From positions 49,257 through 113,256 of the forward strand of contig JBNMKZ010000001.1 in assembly GCA_050874585.1 (NCBI GenBank): a DNA stretch of 64,000 bases. The letters run 5' to 3'. This DNA is from Verrucomicrobiota bacterium (lineage in GTDB: Bacteria; Verrucomicrobiota; Kiritimatiellia; RFP12; UBA1067). A program made the translations under genes and the position numbers. Positions 32,583-41,854 of this stretch are shown one piece after another (the first letter of the stretch is position 1; each line of letters starts with the position of its first letter). The notes under the pieces are model-generated. The model saw only the letters and a list, made by a program, of their open reading frames with translations. It ran no database searches and was not told the origin of the DNA.

Positions 32583-34754
32583 TTAGTACAGGAAGAGCAT
32601 CTCCCGATACTTCGGCAGGGGCCACTTCTCGTCCGCGACAATCTTCTCCAGGTTGTCCACGGTCGTGCGCAGAGCCGTCATCGCCGAGAGAATCTCAGCA
32701 GGCTCGACCTTCGAAATCGCGGCCTCAAGTTCCGCGCACTGCGTCTTGATGGCATCCAGCCCCGCGCCCAGCTTCACGAGATCGTCGTGAACCGAAGCCG
32801 TGCCGGACGCGATGCCACTCGCATTCGCCTCGGCGAGTGCCGCGAGCGCCTCGCGATACTCGGCCTTGACGGCGGGCGTGACCAGCGTCCGTGCAATGTC
32901 GAGCGCACAGTTGCCCTCGATGACGACCTTGGTCGTGTAGTCCTCAAGCGCAATCTCGTAGCGCGACGCAAGCTCACGCGCACTGAACACGCCCGCCTTC
33001 TCGAAGACCGCGACATTCTCCTTCACGGCGAACGCCTTGAGCGCCTCCGGGGTCGTCGCCGCATTCGGCAGACCGCGCTTGGCGGCCTCAGCAAGCCAGT
33101 CGGCCTTGTAACCGTCACCGTTGAAGAGGATGCGCTTGTGGGTCTTGATGATGTCCTGCAGAATCTTCTGGAGGGTGGAGTGGAACGCGGCGGAATGCTT
33201 GCCAGGTTCGACCTTGCCGACGACACCCGCCTTCTCAAGTTCGCCCGCAATGCGATTGAACGCCTCGCCAACGATGGTGTTCAGGACGACATTCGGAGCC
33301 GAGCAGGAGGCCGATGAACCAGGCGCACGGAACTCGAACTTGTTTCCGGTGAAGGCGAACGGCGACGTACGGTTGCGATCGGTCGCGTCCTTCGGCAAGG
33401 CCGGGAGCGTGTCGACGCCGATCTTCATCATGCCGGCGTGTTTCGAGCGCTTCGGCTCACCCTTCTCCAACTGCGAGATGACATCCGCGAGCTGGTCGCC
33501 GAGGTAGATCGAGATGACGGCCGGCGGTGCCTCGTTCGCACCCAGTCGGTGGTCGTTACCAGCGCTCGCCACAGATGCACGCACGAGGTCGGCGTGCTTG
33601 TCGACCGCCTCGATGACAGCGCACAGGGTCGTCAGGAAGATGGCGTTCTGGTGCGGATCGTTGCCCGGATTGAGCAGGTTCACGCTGCCGTAGGCGACCG
33701 ACCAGTTGTTGTGCTTGCCCGAACCGTTGATGCCGGCAAACGGCTTCTCGTGGAGGAGGCAGACGAGTCCGTTGCGGTCGGCGACCTGACGGAGAACTTC
33801 CATCACGAGCATGTTGTGGTCGCAGGAAAGGTTCAGCTCCTCAAACATCGGGGCCAGTTCGAACTGGGCCGGTGCGACCTCGTTGTGACGCGTCTTGGCC
33901 GGAATGCCGAGCCGCCAAAGCTCCTTCTCAACCTCGTTCATGAAGTTGAGGATGCGGGCCTTGATCGTTCCGAAGTAGTGGTCCTCAAGCTGCTGGTGCT
34001 TCGCCGAGGGCGCACCGAACAGCGTCCGCCCCGTCATCACGAGGTCGGGACGCGCCAGGTAGAACGCCTTGTCGATGAGGAAGTACTCCTGCTCCGGTCC
34101 GAGCGTAATCGTGACAGGCGCATCGTCCTTGCCGAAGCACTTCATCAGACGCTTCGTCGCCGTCGAGAGGTACTGCATCGAGCGAAGGAGCGGCGTCTTC
34201 TTGTCGAGAGCCTCGCCCGTATAGGCACAGAAGGCCGTCGGAATACAGAGCGTTGCACCGTTGCCATGGCGCTTGATGAACGCCGGCGAAGTCGGATCCC
34301 ACGCCGTGTAGCCACGCGCCTCAAAGGTCGAACGGATGCCGCCCGAAGGGAAACTTGACGCATCCGGCTCGCCAACGATGAGGTTCTTGCCCGAAAAGGC
34401 CTGCACGGGCTGGCCGTCCTTAATTTCAAGGAAGGCATCGTGCTTCTCGGCCGTCGAACCCGTCAGCGGCAGGAACCAGTGGGTGTAGTGGGTCGCGCCG
34501 CGATCCATCGCCCAGTGGCGCATCGCATGGGCAACTTCGCCCGCAATCGAAGGGTCGAGCGGCTGGCCGCCGTCAATCGTCGCAAGGAGCTTCTTGCAGG
34601 TATCCTTTGAGAGGTACTTCTTCATCGTCTCACGCGTGAAGACATCCTCGGCGTAGGCGATGTCCTTGTCTTCAACCGCCGTCGCCGCGCAGGGTTCCGG
34701 GGCCTTGAGCGCCGCAACGCTCTTCGTCGCGGCCAATCTGGCGCAGTTGCTCAT
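32583..34754 (-). CDS. glnN: Type III glutamine synthetase
   Basis: 723 aa. N-terminal ...[27 protein letters not shown]...[20 protein letters not shown]... and catalytic core ...[14 protein letters not shown]...[19 protein letters not shown] are typical of GSIII. Confidence 0.92.
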   Translation of the reverse strand: MSNCARLAATKSVAALKAPEPCAATAVEDKDIAYAEDVFTRETMKKYLSKDTCKKLLATIDGGQPLDPSIAGEVAHAMRHWAMDRGATHYTHWFLPLTGSTAEKHDAFLEIKDGQPVQAFSGKNLIVGEPDASSFPSGGIRSTFEARGYTAWDPTSPAFIKRHGNGATLCIPTAFCAYTGEALDKKTPLLRSMQYLSTATKRLMKCFGKDDAPVTITLGPEQEYFLIDKAFYLARPDLVMTGRTLFGAPSAKHQQLEDHYFGTIKARILNFMNEVEKELWRLGIPAKTRHNEVAPAQFELAPMFEELNLSCDHNMLVMEVLRQVADRNGLVCLLHEKPFAGINGSGKHNNWSVAYGSVNLLNPGNDPHQNAIFLTTLCAVIEAVDKHADLVRASVASAGNDHRLGANEAPPAVISIYLGDQLADVISQLEKGEPKRSKHAGMMKIGVDTLPALPKDATDRNRTSPFAFTGNKFEFRAPGSSASCSAPNVVLNTIVGEAFNRIAGELEKAGVVGKVEPGKHSAAFHSTLQKILQDIIKTHKRILFNGDGYKADWLAEAAKRGLPNAATTPEALKAFAVKENVAVFEKAGVFSARELASRYEIALEDYTTKVVIEGNCALDIARTLVTPAVKAEYREALAALAEANASGIASGTASVHDDLVKLGAGLDAIKTQCAELEAAISKVEPAEILSAMTALRTTVDNLEKIVADEKWPLPKYREMLFLY

Positions 34755-34934
34755 CTTCGTTATCCTTTCGATTCACCGTCCGAACCAATCGAACGGCTCA
34801 CGCCAAAGCAAAAGCAGAAGCCGTGCCAACGGCACGTTTAAGGCTGCCACCCACATGAGGAAACGCCGAACTGAACCAAAAATGTAAACCCCTTCCGCGT
34901 CCTTTACACAGGACGCACAACATACGCACGCCGC

Positions 34935-35810
34935 CTATCGCCGCATGGAAAAGGCTGCCAAAAGGATGGCCACAAAGCCACAAACGGCCCACAGGTCGGG
35001 AACCTGTGCAAAGAAGACAAACCCGAGAAACGAGGTGAAGATGACATTTGAATAGTCGAAGACGGCGATTGACCGTGGCTCCGCCCAGCGGTAGGCCGCC
35101 GTCACGCCGAACTGCCCAATCGCCGCGCCGCAGCCCGCCCCCAGTAAAATTAGTAGCTGCGCGACCGTCATCGGGGTGTAGTCAAAGAAGACGAACGGCA
35201 ACGCGGCAAGGCATGAGAATGCACTGAAAAAGAGGACAATGACGGAACCTTCCGTTCCCAATCGTCCGAGCTTGTGCACACAGGCGTAGGCAAAACCGGC
35301 ACCGATTCCGCCTATCAGTGCCCAAACGGAAGGCCCGTGCAGGTCGGTCGGCTTCATGACGAGAACCGCCCCAAGAAAGGCCACCACGAGGCAGATCGCC
35401 TGCCGCCGGGAGACGCGCTCCCCCATCACAAGCCAGGCGAAGAGGACCGTAAAGAATGGAGCTGTCTTGTTGAGCGTCATTGCCTCCCCGAGAGGAATGC
35501 GCGACAGCGCGTAGAAATTCGCAAAGATGCCGACCGTTCCGGCAAGACTCCGAAGGATGAGGTAGAACCACTGCCGCCCCGAAAGGCGACCGATTGTCGA
35601 AACGATCGTTCCCGACGGCTCGTGCTGACGCACAAAGACAAACCCGGCGATGAGAAGCGCAATGGCATTGCGGAAGAAACTCTTCTGAAAACTCGAAAGC
35701 CCCGCCCCGTAGTCATCACACAGGCGCACGAAGAACGCCATCAGTGCGAAGCCGAAGGAACTGACCAGAATGCAGGCAATTCCCCGCAGACGATTGCCCG
35801 ATCCGCTCAT
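34935..35810 (-). CDS. DMT-superfamily (EamA-like) transporter
   Basis: Ten predicted TM helices in two EamA-type halves. Confidence 0.8.
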   Translation of the reverse strand: MSGSGNRLRGIACILVSSFGFALMAFFVRLCDDYGAGLSSFQKSFFRNAIALLIAGFVFVRQHEPSGTIVSTIGRLSGRQWFYLILRSLAGTVGIFANFYALSRIPLGEAMTLNKTAPFFTVLFAWLVMGERVSRRQAICLVVAFLGAVLVMKPTDLHGPSVWALIGGIGAGFAYACVHKLGRLGTEGSVIVLFFSAFSCLAALPFVFFDYTPMTVAQLLILLGAGCGAAIGQFGVTAAYRWAEPRSIAVFDYSNVIFTSFLGFVFFAQVPDLWAVCGFVAILLAAFSMRR

Positions 35811-36889
35811 TCCTCGAAATCGAGCGAAGGAGCGACATCCAGCGCAAACGCCGCTGCACCCGTCTTGTTCCGCCGATAGTAGGCAAGCCCGGCAATCATT
35901 GCACCATTGTCTCCGCAGTACTTTGGCTTGGCCATCAGGAGCCGCACACCGGCACGTTCCGCCACCTGTGCAAGGACCGTCCGAAGTCGGGAGTTCAGCG
36001 ACACGCCACCGCCGACAATCAGCGCCCGGTAGTTGCGACGACGCAGGGCATGCGCCGTACGGTCGGCCACGACCTGCACAATCGCCTCCTGATACGAGGC
36101 GACGATGTGCGGAATCTCACCCTCCACCGCGAGTTTCTCGGCACCCCCGTGCTGCTGGACATAGCGCAAAAGCGCCGTCTTCAGCCCGGAGAAGGAGACG
36201 CAGAGATCGGCATCGAGTCCAGCCAGGGCCGTCACACCCTCACGCGGCCGTCCCTTCGGAAACGGCAGCAGGTTGGCAAGCCCGTACTCCTTTGAGATTC
36301 TGTCCACCTTCGGCCCGCCCGGATAGCCCAGTCCCAAGAGCTTAGCCGCCTTGTCGAACGCTTCACCGGCGGCATCGTCAAGCGTCTGCCCCACAATTGC
36401 ATACTTGCCGTAGGCTGGCAGGTCGAGCCAGGTAGTGTGCCCACCCGAAATGGCCAGTCCAAGCGCCGGCATGAAGTCATGCGGATCCAGAGCGGGAACC
36501 GTTGCCTCATCGGTGGCATCCACGAGAAACGGTGTGTGCAGGTGGGCCTCGATGTGGTTGATGCCAATCAGGGGAATCCCCATCGAAAGCGCCAGCCCTT
36601 TCGCCGCGTTCAGTCCAACCGTCAGCGCCGGGGAAAGGCCTGGGCCATATGTGACGGCCACAGCATCAATCTTCTCATCCGAAACGCCGCGGAACTGCTC
36701 AATCGCCGTACGGATGACCTCGCTAATCTTCTCCACGTGCGCACGGGACGCAATCTCAGGAACAACACCCCCGTACGGCACATGCAGGGGAATCTGCGTG
36801 TAGACCACGTTGGAAAGAACCGTCCGCCCATCCTTCACGACGGCCGCCGCCGTCTCGTCACAACTCGTCTCGATGCCAATGATGTTCAT
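35807..36889 (-). CDS. tsaD: tRNA N6-adenosine threonylcarbamoyltransferase
   Basis: MNIIGIETSCDETAAAVV...VPEIASRAH...GGHT...GGGVSLN is canonical TsaD/Kae1. Confidence 0.95.
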   Translation of the reverse strand: MNIIGIETSCDETAAAVVKDGRTVLSNVVYTQIPLHVPYGGVVPEIASRAHVEKISEVIRTAIEQFRGVSDEKIDAVAVTYGPGLSPALTVGLNAAKGLALSMGIPLIGINHIEAHLHTPFLVDATDEATVPALDPHDFMPALGLAISGGHTTWLDLPAYGKYAIVGQTLDDAAGEAFDKAAKLLGLGYPGGPKVDRISKEYGLANLLPFPKGRPREGVTALAGLDADLCVSFSGLKTALLRYVQQHGGAEKLAVEGEIPHIVASYQEAIVQVVADRTAHALRRRNYRALIVGGGVSLNSRLRTVLAQVAERAGVRLLMAKPKYCGDNGAMIAGLAYYRRNKTGAAAFALDVAPSLDFEE

Positions 36890-36909
36890 CTCTTACTCTT
36901 CTGCTACGC

Positions 36910-37761
36910 TTAATCCCAGAACTTCCACCACGAGCGTTCCTTCGGCTTCACGCCGCCCGAGTCCCGGTACAGTTCCCGAATTCGATTCGTTCCGGCCGTC
37001 TCGGGATCCTGCACCAGTTCGCGGCGATTGAAGTCGATTCCCGCCGGCACGGACCAGAATTCGCTGCGGATGAAATTGTCGGGATCCACCCGGTGCAGGA
37101 CGACGACTTCGCCCGTCGGCATGATGGAAATCACGGGCTTCGTAATCTTCATCATCTCGCCGAGATCGACCGTCATCCACTTCCGGTCGCTCGTGCCCGA
37201 ATCCCGCGCCGTCAAGAAGAGGTGCTCGCGTCCACCACGACTCCAGGTCAACAAGTCAAACTCACGCCGAAGCCCCATGTGGTTCGAGAACATCTGCAAG
37301 GCACCACCGATGCGCATTCCCGGGACAATGTCAAACGCCCGCATCTGCCCCTCGAAGCGCGTCCCGGCATGGACGAGTACGGGGCGGGCCAAGTAGCGAC
37401 CCGGTGTGCGCAGCCCGTAGTAATCCGCAAGGAAAGTCTCCAGTTTCTGTCCCTCGTTCGGCTTCAGGTAAAAGGGCGAGACATGGGCCGTATCCGAAAT
37501 CCGCTGCAACTGGCTGCGATCAGAGGAACGGAAAACCTCGATAAACAGGCGATCCGGCGAATCCTTGCGTCCGACGCTGACGGTCACCGGCGAGACATTG
37601 ACAACGTCAACAACGCCGCGAACGCGCTCCCCGACGACACTGTCACCAAAATCCAATCGAAGGTCGACGGTAATCTCACTCGCCGGCTCTGCCGATGCTG
37701 TCGTCGTCAACAAGGCAACGGCCAATCCACAAAGTCCCGACCTGGCAATTCGTGCAAACAT
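36910..37761 (-). CDS. Hypothetical exported protein
   Basis: Signal peptide MFARIARSGLCGLAVALLTTTASA. No recognisable motifs. Overlaps the upstream stop by 1 nt. Confidence 0.6.
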   Translation of the reverse strand: MFARIARSGLCGLAVALLTTTASAEPASEITVDLRLDFGDSVVGERVRGVVDVVNVSPVTVSVGRKDSPDRLFIEVFRSSDRSQLQRISDTAHVSPFYLKPNEGQKLETFLADYYGLRTPGRYLARPVLVHAGTRFEGQMRAFDIVPGMRIGGALQMFSNHMGLRREFDLLTWSRGGREHLFLTARDSGTSDRKWMTVDLGEMMKITKPVISIMPTGEVVVLHRVDPDNFIRSEFWSVPAGIDFNRRELVQDPETAGTNRIRELYRDSGGVKPKERSWWKFWD

Positions 37762-38597
37762 CAGTCTCCAACCTCCAACTTGAGTCCGTCATAGGCCGGC
37801 TCGACACCGGGCGGAAGTTTCCTCAGCCACTCCTCATGACTGAAATCGTGGCACATGTGCGTCAGATAGGCCCGCTTCGGGCCAATACGCTTAATGTAAC
37901 CAAGCGCATCAGCAAGGCTGAGATGCGTCGGATGAAACCTCTCGCGCAGGCAGTTGAGCACGAGCACATCCACACCCTTCATTTTGGCAATCGTCTCGTC
38001 CGGAATCGTGTGGCAGTCGCTGATGTACGCCAACTTGCCGTCAATCAGATATCCACAACAAGGAAAGCCATGCTCGACAACAAGGCGTTCGACCGTCAGC
38101 CCGCCAATCGAAAATGGTTCGGCATTGTCCACAAAATGAATCATCGGGCGAAAGAGACCAAGCGCATTCGCCGTCTCCCCGATGTACGGAAAGATGCGGT
38201 GCATCTGCGCAATCGTCTCCTGCATCGCAAAGCAACGCATCGTCGCCCCCACAATCCGGAAGTTCCGACCATTCGCCCCCGGCTCATCCGGCGCGCAGGG
38301 GACAGTTCGCCCGTTGATGGTATTGAAACGGCGGACATCGTCAAAGCCCGCCACATGATCCATGTGCGCATGGGTCAGCACAACGGCATCCACCTTGTCA
38401 ATTCCGTACTCAATTGCCGCGAGGCGCATTTCAGGTGGCGTATCAATTAAAAAACCGACACGATCCGTCCGTACATAGGCCCCGCACCGCCGACGCATGT
38501 CCCTCGGGTCGGACGACGTGCAGACCGGGCACGAGCACCCGATCTGCGGCACGCCGACGCTCGTTCCCGTCCCCAGGAATCTGAAGGAGAACTTCAC
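37761..38597 (-). CDS. MBL-fold metallo-hydrolase (PhnP-like)
   Basis: FLGTGTSVGVPQIGCSCPVCTSSDPRD...; HxHxDH motif LTHAHMDHVAG. Confidence 0.82.
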   Translation of the reverse strand: MKFSFRFLGTGTSVGVPQIGCSCPVCTSSDPRDMRRRCGAYVRTDRVGFLIDTPPEMRLAAIEYGIDKVDAVVLTHAHMDHVAGFDDVRRFNTINGRTVPCAPDEPGANGRNFRIVGATMRCFAMQETIAQMHRIFPYIGETANALGLFRPMIHFVDNAEPFSIGGLTVERLVVEHGFPCCGYLIDGKLAYISDCHTIPDETIAKMKGVDVLVLNCLRERFHPTHLSLADALGYIKRIGPKRAYLTHMCHDFSHEEWLRKLPPGVEPAYDGLKLEVGD

Positions 38598-40249
38598 GCC
38601 TTCTTTTCCGGCATCTTGCCCGTGGTGAAGTACTGCTCGACTTCCTCAAGCGTCCGACCCTTCGTCTCGGGCAGGAAGAACGCCGCCGTGATGAAGTAGA
38701 TGACCGTGAAGCCGGCAAGGACAAAAAAGACCGTGCCGTTATCGTTCGTCGCCGCGCACCACTTCGGGAAGACCGTGGCAATGCCAGCCGAAACACCCTG
38801 GTTGATGATCATCGCAATTGCCATGCCATTGGCGCGGATGCGCGTCGGCATCAGTTCGGTGAGTGCCAGCCAGACGCAAACGCCCGGTCCAACCGCATAG
38901 AAGCCAATGAACATGAAGAAGAAGACTGTCGCGAGAACGCCCGTCGTCAACGACGCGGCAACCCATCCCTTCGAAATGGCGAGGAAGATGGCACCCACAC
39001 CACAAAGCCCGATGATAATGCCGCTCGTACCCAGTTTCAGGAGGAACTTGCGTCCCTTCTTGTCCACGAGCGCACAGGCGACGACCGTCATCACACAGTT
39101 CACGATCTTGATGGCAACATCCGAAATGTTTGCGAATGCACCATGCATGCCCGTCTTCTGGAAAATCGTCACCGTGTAGTTCAGCACGGAGTTGATGCCC
39201 GTCGTCTGGTTGCAGGCGAGAATCACCACTGCGAGGATGAACGGAATGACATACTTCTTCTGAAGGAGCGTATCCGTTGCAGCCGCGTTCTTTGCCTTCT
39301 CGGCAGCGGCGGCCTCGTCGGCAGCAATCATCTCGTCAAGAATCTCCTTTGCCTTCGCCTCACCGTTATTCGCCGCGAGAGAGGCAAGCGCCTCATCCTT
39401 GCGTCCCTTGCGATAGAGCCAACGCGACGACTCCTTCAGTTTGAATGCACCGACGAAGAGGATGAATCCGGGAATGCACGACAGGAGGAAAATCAACTGC
39501 CACGCATGCTCCCATGACCGCACAACTTCCGCCGGGAACCAGCTTTTAATCTGTGCAAAAGTCACCCGCTTCATATCGGCAATCTTCTTGCCGTCCTTAT
39601 CCAACTTCGGCTTTGGCTGACCTGCTTCATCAAGAATGTAAACGGGCGTTTCATCCTCATTCCAGACCAATTCGCCCTTCTCATCCTTCTGCTGCTCGTA
39701 AACGATGATGTTGTTAGCTATCGCCTTGGCATCGACAGCCCCCTTTGCATCACCGAACAGGCAGGTAATCGCAAAGCCGATTACCGCCACAAACACGAGA
39801 CCAATCGTGAGCAGGAGCTGGAACATACCCGTCCCCTTGCCACGCGAATTGGCATCCAAGCACTCGGCAAGATACATCGGAACGATGACGCCGAAAAGAC
39901 CCGCCGCCGCGCCCTGCAAGGCACGGCCACAGACCATCATCCAGAAGTTCCCGCCTTCGAAGAAACCCGAAGCACAGATGACGGGAATCGAAATCAGGAA
40001 GAGAAGTGCCGAGGCGATAATCATGCGCTTGCGCCCAAACCACTCGGCAAACAGCCCCGCAACGAGCGAGGACGGAAGCGACCCCCACAACGCCATGCCG
40101 ACGATCCAGCCAATCTGGTTCTGATTGAATGTTGAAGTTCTCTCAATGTATGGCAAGGCTGCGGCAATTACGCCGACATCCACGCCGTAGAGGAGGCCGC
40201 CCAGCCCCGCCATAATGAGCAAAAACTTCGCATACCCTTTGACCGTCAT
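38594..40249 (-). CDS. MFS sugar-porter-family transporter with a large loop insertion
   Basis: GLLYGVDVGVIAAAL, GRKRMII and PETKGRTLEEVE signatures of sugar porters. About 85 extra Lys/Glu-rich residues lie between TM5 and TM6. Confidence 0.85.
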   Translation of the reverse strand: MTVKGYAKFLLIMAGLGGLLYGVDVGVIAAALPYIERTSTFNQNQIGWIVGMALWGSLPSSLVAGLFAEWFGRKRMIIASALLFLISIPVICASGFFEGGNFWMMVCGRALQGAAAGLFGVIVPMYLAECLDANSRGKGTGMFQLLLTIGLVFVAVIGFAITCLFGDAKGAVDAKAIANNIIVYEQQKDEKGELVWNEDETPVYILDEAGQPKPKLDKDGKKIADMKRVTFAQIKSWFPAEVVRSWEHAWQLIFLLSCIPGFILFVGAFKLKESSRWLYRKGRKDEALASLAANNGEAKAKEILDEMIAADEAAAAEKAKNAAATDTLLQKKYVIPFILAVVILACNQTTGINSVLNYTVTIFQKTGMHGAFANISDVAIKIVNCVMTVVACALVDKKGRKFLLKLGTSGIIIGLCGVGAIFLAISKGWVAASLTTGVLATVFFFMFIGFYAVGPGVCVWLALTELMPTRIRANGMAIAMIINQGVSAGIATVFPKWCAATNDNGTVFFVLAGFTVIYFITAAFFLPETKGRTLEEVEQYFTTGKMPEKKA

Positions 40250-41295
40250 TATTTTGTCCTCCGAATTGCCTGTTTGAAATCGCCGCTACCGCCCGAAACG
40301 GGCGCAGAAATATCCGCGTCAAGAACCTCGACCTGCTCGGAATCAATCCAAAACTTGATCTTACGGCCCCGAACAACCTGATCCTCGACCTTTGACTCGT
40401 CACGAATCTCCGCCGGACGCTCCGTCCAACCGTACAGGACGACCATTCCCCCCTCCTTGTAGTAAGAGACTTTCGATCCGTAGGCGCGGCGCGTCTCATT
40501 TGTCATCGCGACATTCCCGATGGCAACAATGCGCCGAAGGTCATTCGTTCCAGATGTAAACACATAGGCCTTGTCCGCATGAAGCTGATACTGCTCGTCA
40601 TCCACATAGACATTCTTGTCAAAGAAAATGACACCCTCCTTGCGGTCGTAGTAGGTCGTGGCGGATGTAATCCGCGCCGGACGCCCCGTGAGGGCCTTCG
40701 CCTCCTCTTTCGGCACAACGCGTTCAAGCCGTTCGCGGCGTTCACGCTCCTCCGCCAACTTGCGCGTCAATTCCTCGTTCTGCTCTGCCAAGTCGGTGTT
40801 CTTCGCTTCAAGAATTCCGCCGCGTGTCTCCAACCGCTGGTTTTCTTCTTTCAGCTTCTCAACCGCCGCGACATCCTGAACCACCTTCTCAACGATGCTT
40901 GTCACGGGACGCTCAACCTCAACCAGTCGCTCGACCGTATTGGTCATGACGTGCTCGACGACAACCTCAACTGGTTTCTCCACGATTCGCTCGACAACAT
41001 TGGTCACCGGCCGCTCCACTTCGCGCACCTTTTCGACCAAGTTGGTGACGACCTTCTCAACAGTCACTTCAACGGGGCGTTCCACGACATTGGTCACGAC
41101 GACGGGCGGCACAACTACCGCTGCACGCCGCTCAACGGTCACCTTCGGGGCCGAATAGCCCCGTTCGAGTACGGACGGTTGCCGCGCCGGCTTGGGCTCT
41201 TCGGGCGGCAGAAGGTCAAAGAGGTCAAGCCCCTCAGCAAAGACAGGCGTTGCCAGACCAATTGCAAGAAAACAACAGAATACATTCAGGCCCAT
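40249..41295 (-). CDS. LptA/OstA-like domain protein with N-terminal V-x-N-x-V-E repeats and a coiled coil
   Basis: Signal peptide. Degenerate ~11-aa repeats (VTNVVERPVEV, VTNLVEKVREV, VTNVVERIVEK, MTNTVERLVEV, VTSIVEKVVQD). Coiled coil (EKLKEENQRLE...LAEERERRERLE). C-terminal OstA-like beta-jellyroll pattern (ITSATTYYDRKEGVIFFDKNVYVDD...LHADKAYVF...AIGNVAM). Confidence 0.6.
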   Translation of the reverse strand: MGLNVFCCFLAIGLATPVFAEGLDLFDLLPPEEPKPARQPSVLERGYSAPKVTVERRAAVVVPPVVVTNVVERPVEVTVEKVVTNLVEKVREVERPVTNVVERIVEKPVEVVVEHVMTNTVERLVEVERPVTSIVEKVVQDVAAVEKLKEENQRLETRGGILEAKNTDLAEQNEELTRKLAEERERRERLERVVPKEEAKALTGRPARITSATTYYDRKEGVIFFDKNVYVDDEQYQLHADKAYVFTSGTNDLRRIVAIGNVAMTNETRRAYGSKVSYYKEGGMVVLYGWTERPAEIRDESKVEDQVVRGRKIKFWIDSEQVEVLDADISAPVSGGSGDFKQAIRRTK

Positions 41296-41834
41296 GGTTC
41301 AATATCCTTTAGGAGCGGATGCTTCAGGTCCTTCTCGCTCAGGAGAAAGGGCCTGCCCGGATTCGGATACTCAATTCCCAACGCCGGGTCGTCAAACTTC
41401 AGCCCCCGTTCCGAGGCCGGATTGTAGAAATTGTCACACTTATAGGAAAAAATCGTCTCGTCCTCCAAGACAACAAATCCATGGGCAAACCCACGCGGAA
41501 TGAAGAACTGCCGCCCATTCTCGGATGTCAGCTCGCAGGCAACGTGCCGACCGAATGTCGGACTTCCCTTGCGAATGTCAACGGCGACATCCCAGACCGC
41601 CCCGCGAATCACCCGCACAAGCTTCGCCTGGGCGAATTCTCCCGCCTGCCAGTGAAGTCCACGCAAAACGCCGCGCGAACTCATAGACTCGTTGTCCTGA
41701 ATAAAGTCAGCACAAATCCCTGCCTCGCGATAACGCCGAACACTGTACGTCTCTTGAAAGCTTCCCCGCGCATCACGGAAGATTTGCGGTTCGACAATCT
41801 TGACGTCCGGAATTTCAGTTGGTCTGACTTGCAT
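41286..41834 (-). CDS. rfbC: dTDP-4-dehydrorhamnose 3,5-epimerase
   Basis: IPDVKIVEPQIFRDARGSFQETY...RGLHWQ...QAKLVRVIRGAVWDVAVDIR...IPRGFAHGF is canonical RmlC. Confidence 0.93.
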   Translation of the reverse strand: MQVRPTEIPDVKIVEPQIFRDARGSFQETYSVRRYREAGICADFIQDNESMSSRGVLRGLHWQAGEFAQAKLVRVIRGAVWDVAVDIRKGSPTFGRHVACELTSENGRQFFIPRGFAHGFVVLEDETIFSYKCDNFYNPASERGLKFDDPALGIEYPNPGRPFLLSEKDLKHPLLKDIEPWA

Positions 41835-41841
41835 GGCAGGG

Positions 41842-41850
41842 ATTATACCA
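41842..41850 (-). promoter_or_regulatory. Extended -10 element TGGTATAAT (leaderless configuration) for rfbC
   Basis: 7 nt (CCCTGCC) separate it from ATG 41832-41834. Confidence 0.55.
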
Positions 41851-41854
41851 TATA

